From: Planctomycetota bacterium
GTDB lineage: Bacteria; Planctomycetota; MHYJ01; WSZJ01
Direction: 5' to 3'
Assembly: GCA_038060895.1 (NCBI GenBank)
Contig: JBBTCT010000015.1
Coordinates: 32,001-96,000, forward strand
Length of the DNA: 64,000 nucleotides
Position 1 is the first letter of the stretch, and each line of letters opens with the position of its first letter. The notes beneath the pieces were generated by a model. The model had not been told where the DNA came from, did no database searches, and saw only the letters and a program-made list of their open reading frames with translations. Positions 18,494 through 27,900 of the stretch are shown here, one piece after another. The translations under genes and the position numbers were made by a program.

Positions 18494-21253
18494 CTACCTT
18501 CTCTCCGGACTCTGCCGCGGTCGCTTCCCGACTTCCATGTCGATCGTCGCGAGGCGCATGTAGAACATTCCGAGGCCGGCGCCGCCTGGGAAAAGGCCTT
18601 CGCCGTCCCAGGGCAGGAGGGTGGAGGCGCCTTCAGGACGCTCCGCCCAGGGGCCCGGCGCCGGGCCGGCCGATGCGCGCAGCGTGTCGGCAATGCGCCG
18701 CGCTTCGTCGAGCCACGCGCCGTCGCGGGTCAGTTCGAATGCGTCGAGGAACAGTTCGCCGAGGCCGGCGCCGCCGGTGGAGAAGTCGGCGGTGGTGAAG
18801 GGATGCTGGGGTTCCTGGTCCATCGCGCGCTTCACGCCCGCGGCCGCGGCGCGGAGGAGGTCGGTGTACTGGGGGTCTTTGGCGGCGGCGCTGAGGCGGG
18901 CGAAGAATCTTGCGATGCCCGCGGTGCCGTAGGACCAGCCAGGGAGGGGAGCGGCGGGGCCCTCGCCGGCGGTGGCGGGCCAGAGGGCGGTGCCCTCGGC
19001 GCGCCTGGCCTGGTCGGAGAGCCAGGAGGCGATGCGCCGCGGGGTCTCGAGCCACTTGTCGTCCTTGGTGGCGGAGTGGGCGCGGAGGAACGCCAGTCCG
19101 ATTCCGGCCGCGCCGTGGGCGATGCCGGTGTACGTGCGCGGCAACGACAGCTGCGCGCGCCACCAGCAGCGGCCGCCAAGCTCGGTCTTCACCGCGTCGA
19201 GCCACGTCACCGCCTCGAGTGCCAGCTCGCGCCACCGCGAGTCGTTCGTCGCATCGGCGAGTTCGAACAGGAACAGCGCAATCCCGGCCGCGCCGCCGGC
19301 GATCGTCGTGTCGTCTCCCCAGCTGGCCCCGCCATTCTCTCGCTTCGCGTCCGCCGCTATCCGCTCCCCGGCCGCAACCGCCGCGTCGAGGTACCGCCGG
19401 TCGCCGAAGACGCGGAAACCCTCCACCAGCACGCTCCCAATCCCGGCCGCCCCGCTGTGCAGCCCGCCCCGCGCCATCGTCGCCAGCGTGCCGTCCGGCA
19501 GCCGGTACGTGTCCTCCCACGCCATCGACGCTCCGTCGCGCTTCCCGGCCGCCACCATCGCATCCAGCAACCCTCGCGCCCGGGCGCCCTGCGTGCCGTC
19601 GCCCGTCGCGCGCAGGAGATTCATCTGGAAGAGCGCCACGCCGGCGGCGCCGTCCCAGAGGTTCCATCGAAGAGGCTCGGCGCCGCCCGCGGCGGTCCCC
19701 GAGGCGTCGCGCGCGGCCTGGATGGCGTCACTCGAAGCGCGCGCCGTCTCGAACAGCGTCTCGCGGTCCTGGTCCTCGCCGGCCGCGCCGGTGCGCAGAA
19801 GAAAGCGGATTTCCACGCCCGCCACCAGCGTCTGCGCCGGAAAGTCGAGCTGCACGTGCAGGATCCGTTTCGCCCCCCAGTACTCCACCGCGGCGATCGC
19901 GGGGCCGACGCGGATGTCGCGCGCGCCGGCCTTAGCGTCGAGGACGCGCAGCTTGATCGGAAGCGGCATGTCGTCGGGCCACTCGATCTGCGTGAGGACA
20001 CGGGCGTTGAGAAGGGCGTCCTTGCGGCCGAAGCCGTACTGGAAGACGTCGGTGAGCGTGGCGCGCAGCCCGGGTTCCCGGATCGTGACCTTCACGCGGA
20101 TGCCGTTTTCAAGGCGCTCCGTCTCAAGGACGTACGCCTGCCTCGGCGCGGGATTGAACGGACGGTAGTCCGGATCGCCGAAGCCGATGCGCGACAGCGC
20201 ACCGCGCGCGAGCGTGTCGCCCCAGTCCCGGTTCGGCGCGGCCTTGCCCTCTGCGATTTTCGGGAGTCGAAGCGGCGACTGTCGGAGCAACAGCAGTGCG
20301 GAGTCCGCCGTAGTCTTGTGCGTTTCGCCGATCGACAACCCCCGGGCCACCATCAGTTCCATCTCCTGCATCGCGGTCACGCCGTGCCCGGGGTCCGTCG
20401 CGCCGAAAAAGCCCGTCGCGCCGCGCGACAGCAGCGCGAGCGCAAACGACTTGTCGATCGGCGTCGACCTCGGCGGACGCGGCGCCGCCGAGACCGGCCC
20501 CTCGTACCACTTGTTTGTCACTCCCGAGTACACCGGACCCCCGAACGCGACGGCGGGAAACAGGTCCAGCGCGGCGAGCTGGTCGGCGTCAACGCTGCCC
20601 GCGATTCCTTCCGGGCGGCCATATCCCCAGAACTGAAGAACCCCCGCGCCTTCAAGCCGTTTCACGTCCGCCTCCGACGGCTTCAGGTGCCGCGCCAGCA
20701 GTCTCTCCCACCCGTCGAGCCACGTCTGGTCGCCTTCGACCTCCAGGTCCGCTTCGCTCGGTCCGAAGTCCACCAGCCGCTTCGGCAGCAGCTGCCGGTC
20801 CGCCTCGACGCGTTTTTCGTTCGCGAGCAGCGCGAGCGCCGCTTCCGGCGAAACACCCGTCACGAATCCGAGGCGGAAATCCATCGCGAAGTCGGAGTCG
20901 AGCCCGGTCGCGACCTCGAGGAGCCGATAGACGAAGTCGACGTCGAGAGATTCCGGCTTCACCACGACGGTCACCGTTCCGGGCGCCAGCGCGAGCAATT
21001 CAGCGCGCGCCACGGTCGCGTCGTCCCCCGCGAATCGCACTACCGTCGCGTTGCGCCGCTTCGCAGCCTCGGCCACCACCGCCGCCCAGGCATCATCCGC
21101 CGCGACGTTGGTCAGCACCGCGGCGCGCTCGATGGAATCCGGACGAGGCATCGAGACGGCGCTTCGGGGCGTCAGCACCGGTTCTTCCGCGTACGCGGTT
21201 TCGATCGCCAGCGCGAGACATACGAATGCGTTGAGGGGAGAACGACGCGTCAC
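18494..21253 (-). CDS. Secreted fusion: caspase/gingipain(C25)-like N-domain plus LanC-like alpha/alpha-toroid C-domain
   Basis: Signal peptide; GFVTG..., FGDP motif; C-terminal repeats GLHSGAAGI, GIAHGAAGI, GWSYGTAGI, GLFPGGAGL. Confidence 0.7.
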   Translation of the reverse strand: MTRRSPLNAFVCLALAIETAYAEEPVLTPRSAVSMPRPDSIERAAVLTNVAADDAWAAVVAEAAKRRNATVVRFAGDDATVARAELLALAPGTVTVVVKPESLDVDFVYRLLEVATGLDSDFAMDFRLGFVTGVSPEAALALLANEKRVEADRQLLPKRLVDFGPSEADLEVEGDQTWLDGWERLLARHLKPSEADVKRLEGAGVLQFWGYGRPEGIAGSVDADQLAALDLFPAVAFGGPVYSGVTNKWYEGPVSAAPRPPRSTPIDKSFALALLSRGATGFFGATDPGHGVTAMQEMELMVARGLSIGETHKTTADSALLLLRQSPLRLPKIAEGKAAPNRDWGDTLARGALSRIGFGDPDYRPFNPAPRQAYVLETERLENGIRVKVTIREPGLRATLTDVFQYGFGRKDALLNARVLTQIEWPDDMPLPIKLRVLDAKAGARDIRVGPAIAAVEYWGAKRILHVQLDFPAQTLVAGVEIRFLLRTGAAGEDQDRETLFETARASSDAIQAARDASGTAAGGAEPLRWNLWDGAAGVALFQMNLLRATGDGTQGARARGLLDAMVAAGKRDGASMAWEDTYRLPDGTLATMARGGLHSGAAGIGSVLVEGFRVFGDRRYLDAAVAAGERIAADAKRENGGASWGDDTTIAGGAAGIALFLFELADATNDSRWRELALEAVTWLDAVKTELGGRCWWRAQLSLPRTYTGIAHGAAGIGLAFLRAHSATKDDKWLETPRRIASWLSDQARRAEGTALWPATAGEGPAAPLPGWSYGTAGIARFFARLSAAAKDPQYTDLLRAAAAGVKRAMDQEPQHPFTTADFSTGGAGLGELFLDAFELTRDGAWLDEARRIADTLRASAGPAPGPWAERPEGASTLLPWDGEGLFPGGAGLGMFYMRLATIDMEVGKRPRQSPERR

Positions 21254-22158
21254 GACGTCCTCGCAATCACAAACTTCATCACTTCAGCCAGCTCTTCACC
21301 TTTTTTCCCGAAGTCTTCCAGCGCGCCCAACGCTCTTCCCGCAAGCCGCGCTGCCTCGCGCCGCGACTTGTCGAGGCCGAAGACCAGCGGATAGGTCGCT
21401 TTGCCGGATCTGGCGTCCTTGCCCGCGGTCTTGCCAAGCTGCCACGACGGCGCGGTCATGTCGAGGACGTCATCGGCAATCTGGAAAGCCAGTCCGAGGT
21501 TTTCTCCGAATTCGGTCAGCGTCTTGTATTCACCCGAGTCCGCCTTGCCGCAGATCGCGCCGGCCTGGACGGAAGCGCGGAGCAAGGCGGCGGTTTTCTT
21601 CCTGTGAATGAAGCGCACCAGCGCCGGGGTCGGCGAGCCTTTTTCGCCCTCGAGGTCCGCCTGCTGGCCTCCGACCATGCCGCGCGCCCCGGCCGCGTCG
21701 GCGATTACCTTGATGAGTTCAGGGACCATCGAAGCGGGAGATTTCGCGAGGGTCTCGAAGGCGAGCGTGAGCAGCGCGTCCCCCGCCAGGATGGCGGTCG
21801 CTTCGTCGAACGCCTTGTGGCAGCTCGGCTTCCCGCGGCGGAAGTTGTCGTCGTCCATTGCGGGGAGGTCGTCGTGGATGAGCGAATACGTGTGGATCAT
21901 TTCAAGAGCCGCAGCGGCAGGAAGCGCGTCCTTCTCGCGCCCGCCCACGAGCCGGCAGGTCAGCAGCGCCAGCGTCGGTCGCAGGCGCTTGCCGCCCGCG
22001 AAGAGCGAATAGCGCATCGCGCGGTGCAGGCGGCGCGGCTCCTCGAGGCCCGAGGGAACGTTGACGTCCATGTACGACTCGACCATCTGGGAGCACGCGC
22101 CGAGGAGGGAGGCGGCGCGGGAGGGGGGAGGTGCAGGTGTCAGGCGGCGCTTGGTCAT
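21250..22158 (-). CDS. ispA: Polyprenyl (farnesyl) diphosphate synthase
   Basis: Motifs GGKRLRP, HTYSLIHDDLPAMDDD, GQQAD, KTAAL, FQIADDVLD. Confidence 0.95.
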   Translation of the reverse strand: MTKRRLTPAPPPSRAASLLGACSQMVESYMDVNVPSGLEEPRRLHRAMRYSLFAGGKRLRPTLALLTCRLVGGREKDALPAAAALEMIHTYSLIHDDLPAMDDDNFRRGKPSCHKAFDEATAILAGDALLTLAFETLAKSPASMVPELIKVIADAAGARGMVGGQQADLEGEKGSPTPALVRFIHRKKTAALLRASVQAGAICGKADSGEYKTLTEFGENLGLAFQIADDVLDMTAPSWQLGKTAGKDARSGKATYPLVFGLDKSRREAARLAGRALGALEDFGKKGEELAEVMKFVIARTS

Positions 22159-22236
22159 CGGGATCGCGACCTCAATCGAAAGGGAATACGCGGATGAAGG
22201 CGAATGACGCGGAAAGAGCCGCGGACTCGGCCCGGC

Positions 22237-22536
22237 CTAGAAATCAATCTCTCCCGACTGATGCTTCTTCCGGTCTTCTTTCTCCTTGTCCACCGCCTTC
22301 TTCACTTCGAACGGCTGCGGTTCCAGCTCGCCGCCGTCTCCCTTCAGCAGGATCTGCACCTTCTTCTCCGCACGGTCGAGGATCTCGTGGCACTTTTTCA
22401 GCGCCGCGACGCCCTCCTCGTAAGTCTGCAGCGACTCCTCGAGCCCCAGCTCGCCGCCCTCGAGCGACGACACCGATTTCTCGAGCGCCTCGAGGTGCTC
22501 TTCGAATTTCTTTTCCTTCTCCTTGTCCTTCGCCAC
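22237..22536 (-). CDS. xseB: Exodeoxyribonuclease VII small subunit
   Basis: FEEHLEALE...LEESLQTYEEG...AEKKV. Lies between xseA and ispA. Confidence 0.93.
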   Translation of the reverse strand: MAKDKEKEKKFEEHLEALEKSVSSLEGGELGLEESLQTYEEGVAALKKCHEILDRAEKKVQILLKGDGGELEPQPFEVKKAVDKEKEDRKKHQSGEIDF

Positions 22537-22549
22537 GGCTTCCCCCTCT

Positions 22550-23929
22550 CTACTGCGGCCTTGCCTCGCGCGGCGGCGCGGGCTTGATCTCGATCACCTT
22601 GCTCGTCAGTTCCGCACGCTCCAGCGACGTCCTCACGATATCTCCGGGCGCGACCTGGCCGGCGCGCCGGAGAACCTCTCCCGTTTTCGCATGCCTCGTC
22701 ATCGAATATCCGCGCGCCAGGACGCGAAGCGGCGACAGCGCGTCGAGTTTTCCCGCGGCGGCCGAGACCTTCTCTCGCTTCCGGGCCGCCATCACGCGCA
22801 GCGCCGGTCCCATCCGGGGCGACAGTTCGGCCACGCGGCGTCGCGAGACGTCAAGCCGCTCCCGCAACGCCGAGCCCAGCCGCGGCCTCAGGCCGTCGAT
22901 CCGGGCGCGACCGCGCTCCGACAGGCCCCGCAGCGCGACGTCCATTCGCGGTGCCAGCCCGTCCAGCCGCTGGCGGAAGCGCTCGATCAGATCCTGCGGC
23001 CGCGCGAGTCCCCTCGAGCGCCCCAGGTCCTCCAGCCGCTGCCGCAGCATCGCGATGTCTTCAACCAGCGCCTTTCGCAGCCGCCCCCCGAAATCGTCCA
23101 GGTGCCGAACCAGCACCTCGAGGTCCGGCACCGCCAGCTCCGCCGCCTCGCTCGGCGTCTGCGCCCGCAGGTCGGCGACCAGGTCGGCGAGAGTCACGTC
23201 GATCTCGTGTCCCACCGCGCTGATGACGGGCAGAGGACACGCCGCAATCGCCCGCGCCAGGGCTTCGTCGTTGAACGCCCCCAGGTCCTCCGCGCTCCCG
23301 CCTCCGCGCCCGATGATGACCACGTCGATGTCGTCGCGCTTCGAGATCCACTCCATCGCCCTGACCATCGACGGCGCCGCTTCTGCTCCCTGCACCGCCA
23401 CCGGGTAAATCCAGACTCCCATCCCGGGGAAGCGCCGCTCCATCACCGTCAGCATGTCCTTCACGGCTGCCGAGGTGGGGCTCGTCACGAGCGCGACGCG
23501 TCGCGGCAGAAAGGGAAGCGGCTTCTTTCTCGCGGGATCGAAGAGGCCTTCTTTCTCGAGTTTCTCCTTGAGCTGCATCAGAGCGAGCTGCTGTGCGCCG
23601 AGCCCCTGCGGCTCGACGTGCTCCGCAACGAGCTGGTACTCCCCCTGCGGTTCGTACACCGTGACTTTCCCCAGGACCATCACCTTCAGCCCGTCCTTCA
23701 TCTCGAACCGAAGCTTCGCTCCCACGCCCGCGAACAGCGCCACTTTCAACTGGCTCCCCGTGTCCTTGAGCGACAGGTACGCGTGCCCGCTTCGCAGGAT
23801 CTTCCGGTAGTTCGAAACTTCGCCCTCGACCCAGACCCGGCCGATCTGTCCCTCCGCCAGCTCCCGCACGGCCCTTGCAATCGTCGAGGGGGTCCAGACT
23901 TTCGCCGCGGCGGCCGGCTGGGGGCTCAC
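22550..23929 (-). CDS. xseA: Exodeoxyribonuclease VII large subunit
   Basis: VWVEGEVSN, SGHAYLSLKD, GRGGGSAEDL, SAVGHEID, LSPLRVLARGYS. GTG start overlaps the ymdB stop. Confidence 0.95.
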   Translation of the reverse strand: MSPQPAAAAKVWTPSTIARAVRELAEGQIGRVWVEGEVSNYRKILRSGHAYLSLKDTGSQLKVALFAGVGAKLRFEMKDGLKVMVLGKVTVYEPQGEYQLVAEHVEPQGLGAQQLALMQLKEKLEKEGLFDPARKKPLPFLPRRVALVTSPTSAAVKDMLTVMERRFPGMGVWIYPVAVQGAEAAPSMVRAMEWISKRDDIDVVIIGRGGGSAEDLGAFNDEALARAIAACPLPVISAVGHEIDVTLADLVADLRAQTPSEAAELAVPDLEVLVRHLDDFGGRLRKALVEDIAMLRQRLEDLGRSRGLARPQDLIERFRQRLDGLAPRMDVALRGLSERGRARIDGLRPRLGSALRERLDVSRRRVAELSPRMGPALRVMAARKREKVSAAAGKLDALSPLRVLARGYSMTRHAKTGEVLRRAGQVAPGDIVRTSLERAELTSKVIEIKPAPPREARPQ

Positions 23930-24720
23930 GCGCCCACCCGGACCTGGAAGCGATCGCAGGCCAGCGCGCGGCCGGAGTCGAGGTCGACGGTCGCGACGCA
24001 GCCGGAGATGCGGACGTCGTTGGAGGCGACGTCGAACGGCATGGGCATCCCCGTGACGAAGTGGCGGAGGACCTTGTCCTTGTCGCGGCCGAGGATGGAG
24101 TCGTAGGGGCCGGTCATGCCGACGTCGGAAATGAAGGCCGTGCCTTTCGGCAGGACGGTTTCGTCGGCGGTCGGGATGTGCGTGTGCGTCCCGAAAAGGA
24201 GCGACACGCGCCCGTCCAGCATCCACCCGAGCGCGACCTTTTCGCTCGTGGCCTCCGCGTGCACGTCGAGCACGACGACGTTCGTGTGCTGCCGAAGGGC
24301 CTCGACGGCGCGCTCTGCCGCAAGAAAGGGATTGTCCGCCGGCGTGTTCATGAATACGCGCCCCTGGACCTGCGCCACGCCGATCTTGAACCCGTTGCGC
24401 GACTCGAACACCTGCCAACCCAGGCCCGCCGCCGCGTCCGGGTAATTGCACGGCCGCACGATCCTGCAGCCGTTCGTCAGCAGCGGGATGATTTCCTTCT
24501 TCTTGAAGATGTGGTCCCCGCTCGTGATCGCGTCCGCCCCGGCAATCAGCAGGTCCTCGTAAAGCGACGGCGTCAGCCCGCTCCCGCCCGCGATGTTCTC
24601 GCCGTTCACCACCGCAAACTCGATCTCCTGCTCGCGCTTCGCCTTCTTCAGCCAGCCCTTCAGCGCATCCCGCCCGGGGGTTCCGACCACGTCGCCGATG
24701 GCCATGATCTTGATTTTCAT
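23926..24720 (-). CDS. ymdB: YmdB-like metallophosphoesterase (TIGR00282 type)
   Basis: IGDVVG, NGEN, HAEATSEK, GTHTHIPTAD, DVGMTGP. Confidence 0.92.
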   Translation of the reverse strand: MKIKIMAIGDVVGTPGRDALKGWLKKAKREQEIEFAVVNGENIAGGSGLTPSLYEDLLIAGADAITSGDHIFKKKEIIPLLTNGCRIVRPCNYPDAAAGLGWQVFESRNGFKIGVAQVQGRVFMNTPADNPFLAAERAVEALRQHTNVVVLDVHAEATSEKVALGWMLDGRVSLLFGTHTHIPTADETVLPKGTAFISDVGMTGPYDSILGRDKDKVLRHFVTGMPMPFDVASNDVRISGCVATVDLDSGRALACDRFQVRVGA

Positions 24721-24768
24721 TCGGGGAAGAGTCTACCCGCGGGTCGCTTCGCGGGACAGACTCCGGCG

Positions 24769-24901
24769 GCTTCCCTCTGAGCCCGGGCGAAAATCCTGCG
24801 GGGCAAGCTGCGTCGGCCCAGTGATGGTTCTTGAGCGGGCTCGCGCAATCGGGCCGACTCCGCCCGCCCCGCAGGATTTTCGCCCGGGCTCAGAGGGAAG
24901 C
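24769..24901. repeat. REP/MITE-like element with perfect 36-bp terminal inverted repeats
   Basis: GCTTCCCTCTGAGCCCGGGCGAAAATCCTGCGGGGC (24769-24804) and its exact reverse complement at 24866-24901. Confidence 0.85.
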
Positions 24902-24982
24902 GAATGCACCGCCCTCAAGTTCTTCGCATGGACACGAACACATAAACAGGAGCCGAAAGCCGCGGTTGGCAAGACCCCAGGG

Positions 24983-25088
24983 CGGGCGAAAATTCCGTGG
25001 GGTCGGGCGGAGTCGGCCCGAAAAAACGAAAACTTCTCACAAACCATCACTGGGCCGACGCAGCCTGAGCCTGCGGGATTTTCGCCCG
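24983..25088. repeat. Diverged inverted copy of the 24769-24901 element
   Basis: Contains GGGCGGAGTCGGCCCG and AACCATCACTGGGCCGACGCAGC, the reverse complements of the first element's interior, with CGGGCGAAAAT/ATTTTCGCCCG ends. Confidence 0.8.
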
Positions 25089-25219
25089 GCCTCTCGGAAA
25101 AACGCGATTCTCCGAGGGGAAAAAGGCCGATTTTCCTTGCGTCCCTAGGGGATTCCGCTCAAATCCCCCTCAGTTCCGAGATAAAACCAACGCCCGTACC
25201 CCCCATTACAGGAGGACCG

Positions 25220-25492
25220 ATGGCCGCCAAAAAGTCCGGTCGCAAGCCCAGCGCCGCGTTCATGAAGCCGATGACGATCAGCTCCGAGCTGGCCGCCGTG
25301 ATCGGCGCCGCCCCGGCGCCCCGCACCCAGGTCACGAAGAAGATCTGGGACTACATCAAGAAGAACGGGCTGCAGGATTCGAAGAACCGCCGGAACATCA
25401 ACGCCGACGACAAGCTCAAGGCGGTATTCGGCGGCAAGAAGCAGGTTTCCATGTTCGAGATGACGAAGCTCGTGAGCAAGCACCTGAAATAG
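25220..25492 (+). CDS. Stand-alone SWIB/MDM2 domain protein
   Basis: FMKP..SSELAAVIG..RTQVTKKIWDYIKKNGLQD..INADDKL..MFEMTKLVSKHL. SD AGGAGG. Confidence 0.93.
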   Translation: MAAKKSGRKPSAAFMKPMTISSELAAVIGAAPAPRTQVTKKIWDYIKKNGLQDSKNRRNINADDKLKAVFGGKKQVSMFEMTKLVSKHLK

Positions 25493-25508
25493 CATCGCGT
25501 TCAAAGAG

Positions 25509-25540
25509 AAGCCCCCGCTCGAGGAGCGGGGGCTTTTTTT
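25509..25540 (+). terminator. Rho-independent terminator
   Basis: AAGCCCCCGCTC-gag-GAGCGGGGGCTT followed by a T run. Confidence 0.9.
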
Positions 25541-25547
25541 GTAGGGC

Positions 25548-25717
25548 GGAAAACGACAACTTCAAAACCGCGAACTCTCAAGCAAGGGGCCAACTACAAA
25601 CGGCAACCGCATTCGCGCGCCTCTTCGCCCACCCGACTTGAAGTTCTCCGTTTGAAGTTGCCCTTTGCTTGAAACTTGAAACTTGAAGTTGAAATTGAAA
25701 TTGAAATTGCTGTTTCC
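25548..25717. repeat. Fold-back element of short tandem repeats (TTGAAA-type)
   Basis: Left arm TCAAGCAAGGGGCCAACTACAAACGG pairs imperfectly with CCGTTTGAAGTTGCCCTTTGCTTGA, followed by a tandem TTGAAAC/TTGAAA run. Confidence 0.7.
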
Positions 25718-25738
25718 CTGCGCCGAAGGCGCAGGGGT

Positions 25739-27289
25739 CTACCTCGCATACTCCGTCACCCTCGTTTCCCTGATCACCGTCACTCGAATCTCGCCGGGGT
25801 ACGTCATCTCCGCCTCAATCCTCTTCGCAATCTCCTTCGCCACGATGAGCGCATTCGAATCGTCGATCTTCGAAGCGTTCACCAGCACTCGAAGCTCGCG
25901 TCCTGCCTGGATCGCGAACGCGCCCTCGACCCCCGCCTGGCTCGTCGCGATCCGCTCCAGATCCTGCAGGCGCTTGATGTAGCGCTCCATGCTCTCGCCG
26001 CGCGCGCCGGGGCGCGAGGCGCTGATCGCGTCTGCAGCGGCGGTGAGGATGCAGTACGGCGTCTCGGCCTTCTCCGTCTCGTGATGCCGCAATGCCGTAT
26101 CGCAAACTGCGAACGGCTCCTCGGCCCGCTTCAGCAGGTCGTACCCGAGCTGGGGGTGCGTGCCTTCCATCTCCTGGTCGAGCGCCTTGCCGATGTCGTG
26201 GAGCAGCCCGGCACGCTTCGCGAGAACCGGGTCGAGCCCGATCTCGCCGGCCATGATCGACGCGAGCTTGGCGACCTCAATGGAGTGCTTGAGGACGTTC
26301 TGGCCGTAGCTGGTGCGGAAGCGCAGGCGGCCGAGGATCGGGATGACCTTGGGCGACAGGCGCTGGATGTCGAGCTCGTAGCACGTCTGCTTGCCGGTCT
26401 GCATGACCAGCTCTTCCATTTCCTTCTTCGTCGCCTCGACGAGCTCCTCGATCCGGGTTGGGTGGATGCGCCCGTCCTGGACGAGTTTTTCCATCGTGCG
26501 GCGCGCCGTCTCGCGACGGATCGGTTCGAAACCGGACAGGATGATCACTCCGGGCGTGTCATCGACGATGACGTCGACCCCCGTGGCCTTTTCGAAGGCG
26601 CGGATGTTGCGTCCTTCGCGGCCGATGATCCGGCCCTTCATTTCCTCGCTCGGCAGGTCCACCGACGACGTCGTGTTTTCCGAGCTGTGGTCCGACGCGG
26701 TGCGTTGAATTGCCATGATCACGTACTTGCGCGCTTCTTCGTCCGCCCGCTCTTTCCCGAGCTCCTGCGCCTTTCGGATGCGCGCCGCGACGTCGTTGGC
26801 GAGCTCCGCCTGCAGCCGCTCATAAAACGTCCGCGTCGCCTCGTCCTTGCCCATCCCGGAGAGCCGTTCCAGCGTCTTCTGCTGGTCCGTGACCGCCTTC
26901 GTCAGCTCAACCTGCTTCGCCTCGACGCTCTTCGTCTTGTCCGCAAGCGACTGCTCGGTGGCCTCAATTTGCTTCTGCCGGCGCGCCTGGTCTTCCTGCT
27001 TCCGGTCGAGCAGGTCCTCTTTCTTCTGGACCGCACGCTCCTGGTTCTTGATCTCGTCGAGCTTCTGGAAGCGCTCTTTCTCCGCTTCCGAGCGGAGCTT
27101 GAGCACCTCGTCCTTGCCCCTGAGCTGGGCTTCCTTGACCGAAGCCTCACCGCGCTCCTTGGCCTCGGATTCGATCAGGCGCGCCTTGTCTTTCGCGCCG
27201 GCGACGACGTTCCTCGCAAGGAGGAAGCACGCGCCAACACCACCTGCGGCGCCTACGGCCACGCCGATGACGAGTGAGAGGACGTCCAT
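25739..27289 (-). CDS. rny: Ribonuclease Y
   Basis: N-terminal TM, coiled coil, KH domain (MKGRIIGREGRNIR), HD domain (RTSYGQNVLKHS..LLHDIGK), ADAISASRPGAR. Confidence 0.97.
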   Translation of the reverse strand: MDVLSLVIGVAVGAAGGVGACFLLARNVVAGAKDKARLIESEAKERGEASVKEAQLRGKDEVLKLRSEAEKERFQKLDEIKNQERAVQKKEDLLDRKQEDQARRQKQIEATEQSLADKTKSVEAKQVELTKAVTDQQKTLERLSGMGKDEATRTFYERLQAELANDVAARIRKAQELGKERADEEARKYVIMAIQRTASDHSSENTTSSVDLPSEEMKGRIIGREGRNIRAFEKATGVDVIVDDTPGVIILSGFEPIRRETARRTMEKLVQDGRIHPTRIEELVEATKKEMEELVMQTGKQTCYELDIQRLSPKVIPILGRLRFRTSYGQNVLKHSIEVAKLASIMAGEIGLDPVLAKRAGLLHDIGKALDQEMEGTHPQLGYDLLKRAEEPFAVCDTALRHHETEKAETPYCILTAAADAISASRPGARGESMERYIKRLQDLERIATSQAGVEGAFAIQAGRELRVLVNASKIDDSNALIVAKEIAKRIEAEMTYPGEIRVTVIRETRVTEYAR

Positions 27290-27683
27290 TTCAACCCCTT
27301 CAGCCCGGCGAACCGGGCGACGTTAAAGGGCAGGGGGTTGCGAGGGTGAGGTCCGGATCAGGCCGCGGCCCGCGCACGAGTTCGCTCTCGGGCCTCGAGC
27401 CTGCGCGAGGCAGGCAGAGATCCGGGTGGACCGGTGCGGGTGGCGAAGCGAGCCGAGGGGCCCGGCTTCGTGGGAAGCGGTGTCATTTCTCGGCCGCGGA
27501 ACGGAGCCACTGCGGGAGCCGAAGCGGCGACGGAGTCGCAGCGAGCGGGGGAACCCGTGATGGCGATCGCGAAGCGGAAGAGAAGTCTGAGTCCGGACAT
27601 CTTTTGGATTAGATCCCTGGCAACGTGCTGCCGTGACCTTTAGGGACGAATTTGTGGCTTTCTGGGCCACTTCAAGGAGCGGA

Positions 27684-27713
27684 ATCGTAACGGAGGGGGA
27701 ACGAAAGGGTCAA
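27684..27713 (-). promoter_or_regulatory. sigma70-type promoter upstream of rny
   Basis: Minus strand TTGACC-N18-TACGAT. Confidence 0.55.
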
Positions 27714-27843
27714 GGGGAAATTGCGATCGGAGGCCATTTCATTTTGATATTTCAGATTGAAATGTTGCATAAGATATTAAATATATGGAAGTTGCGATGG
27801 AATCAGGGCTTGTAATCGCCGCTGTTTCATTCTGTACGGCAAT

Positions 27844-27871
27844 AAAAAAGCCCCTCTTTTCAGAGGGGCTT
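27844..27871 (-). terminator. Rho-independent terminator after the SH3 gene
   Basis: Minus strand AAGCCCCTCT-gaaa-AGAGGGGCTT-TTTT. Confidence 0.85.
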
Positions 27872-27900
27872 CTCGTTGATCTCCAGCAGGGCGCGGCTCT

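Noticed and set aside
18494-21253. Lanthipeptide biosynthetic cluster
   Set aside because: There is no LanB/LanM dehydratase, precursor or transporter, and the Zn-ligand motifs are degenerate.
18236-21394. Long antisense or alternate-frame ORFs (for example 18236-21394+, 2041-4212+, 25676-27277+, 40867-42735-, 47459-49573-)
   Set aside because: These are shadow ORFs typical of high-GC DNA. They lie opposite well-supported genes, have skewed composition and carry no motifs.
27290-27700. 6S RNA upstream of rny
   Set aside because: I could not fold a long closed rod with a central bubble by eye. Kept only as an uncalled leader.
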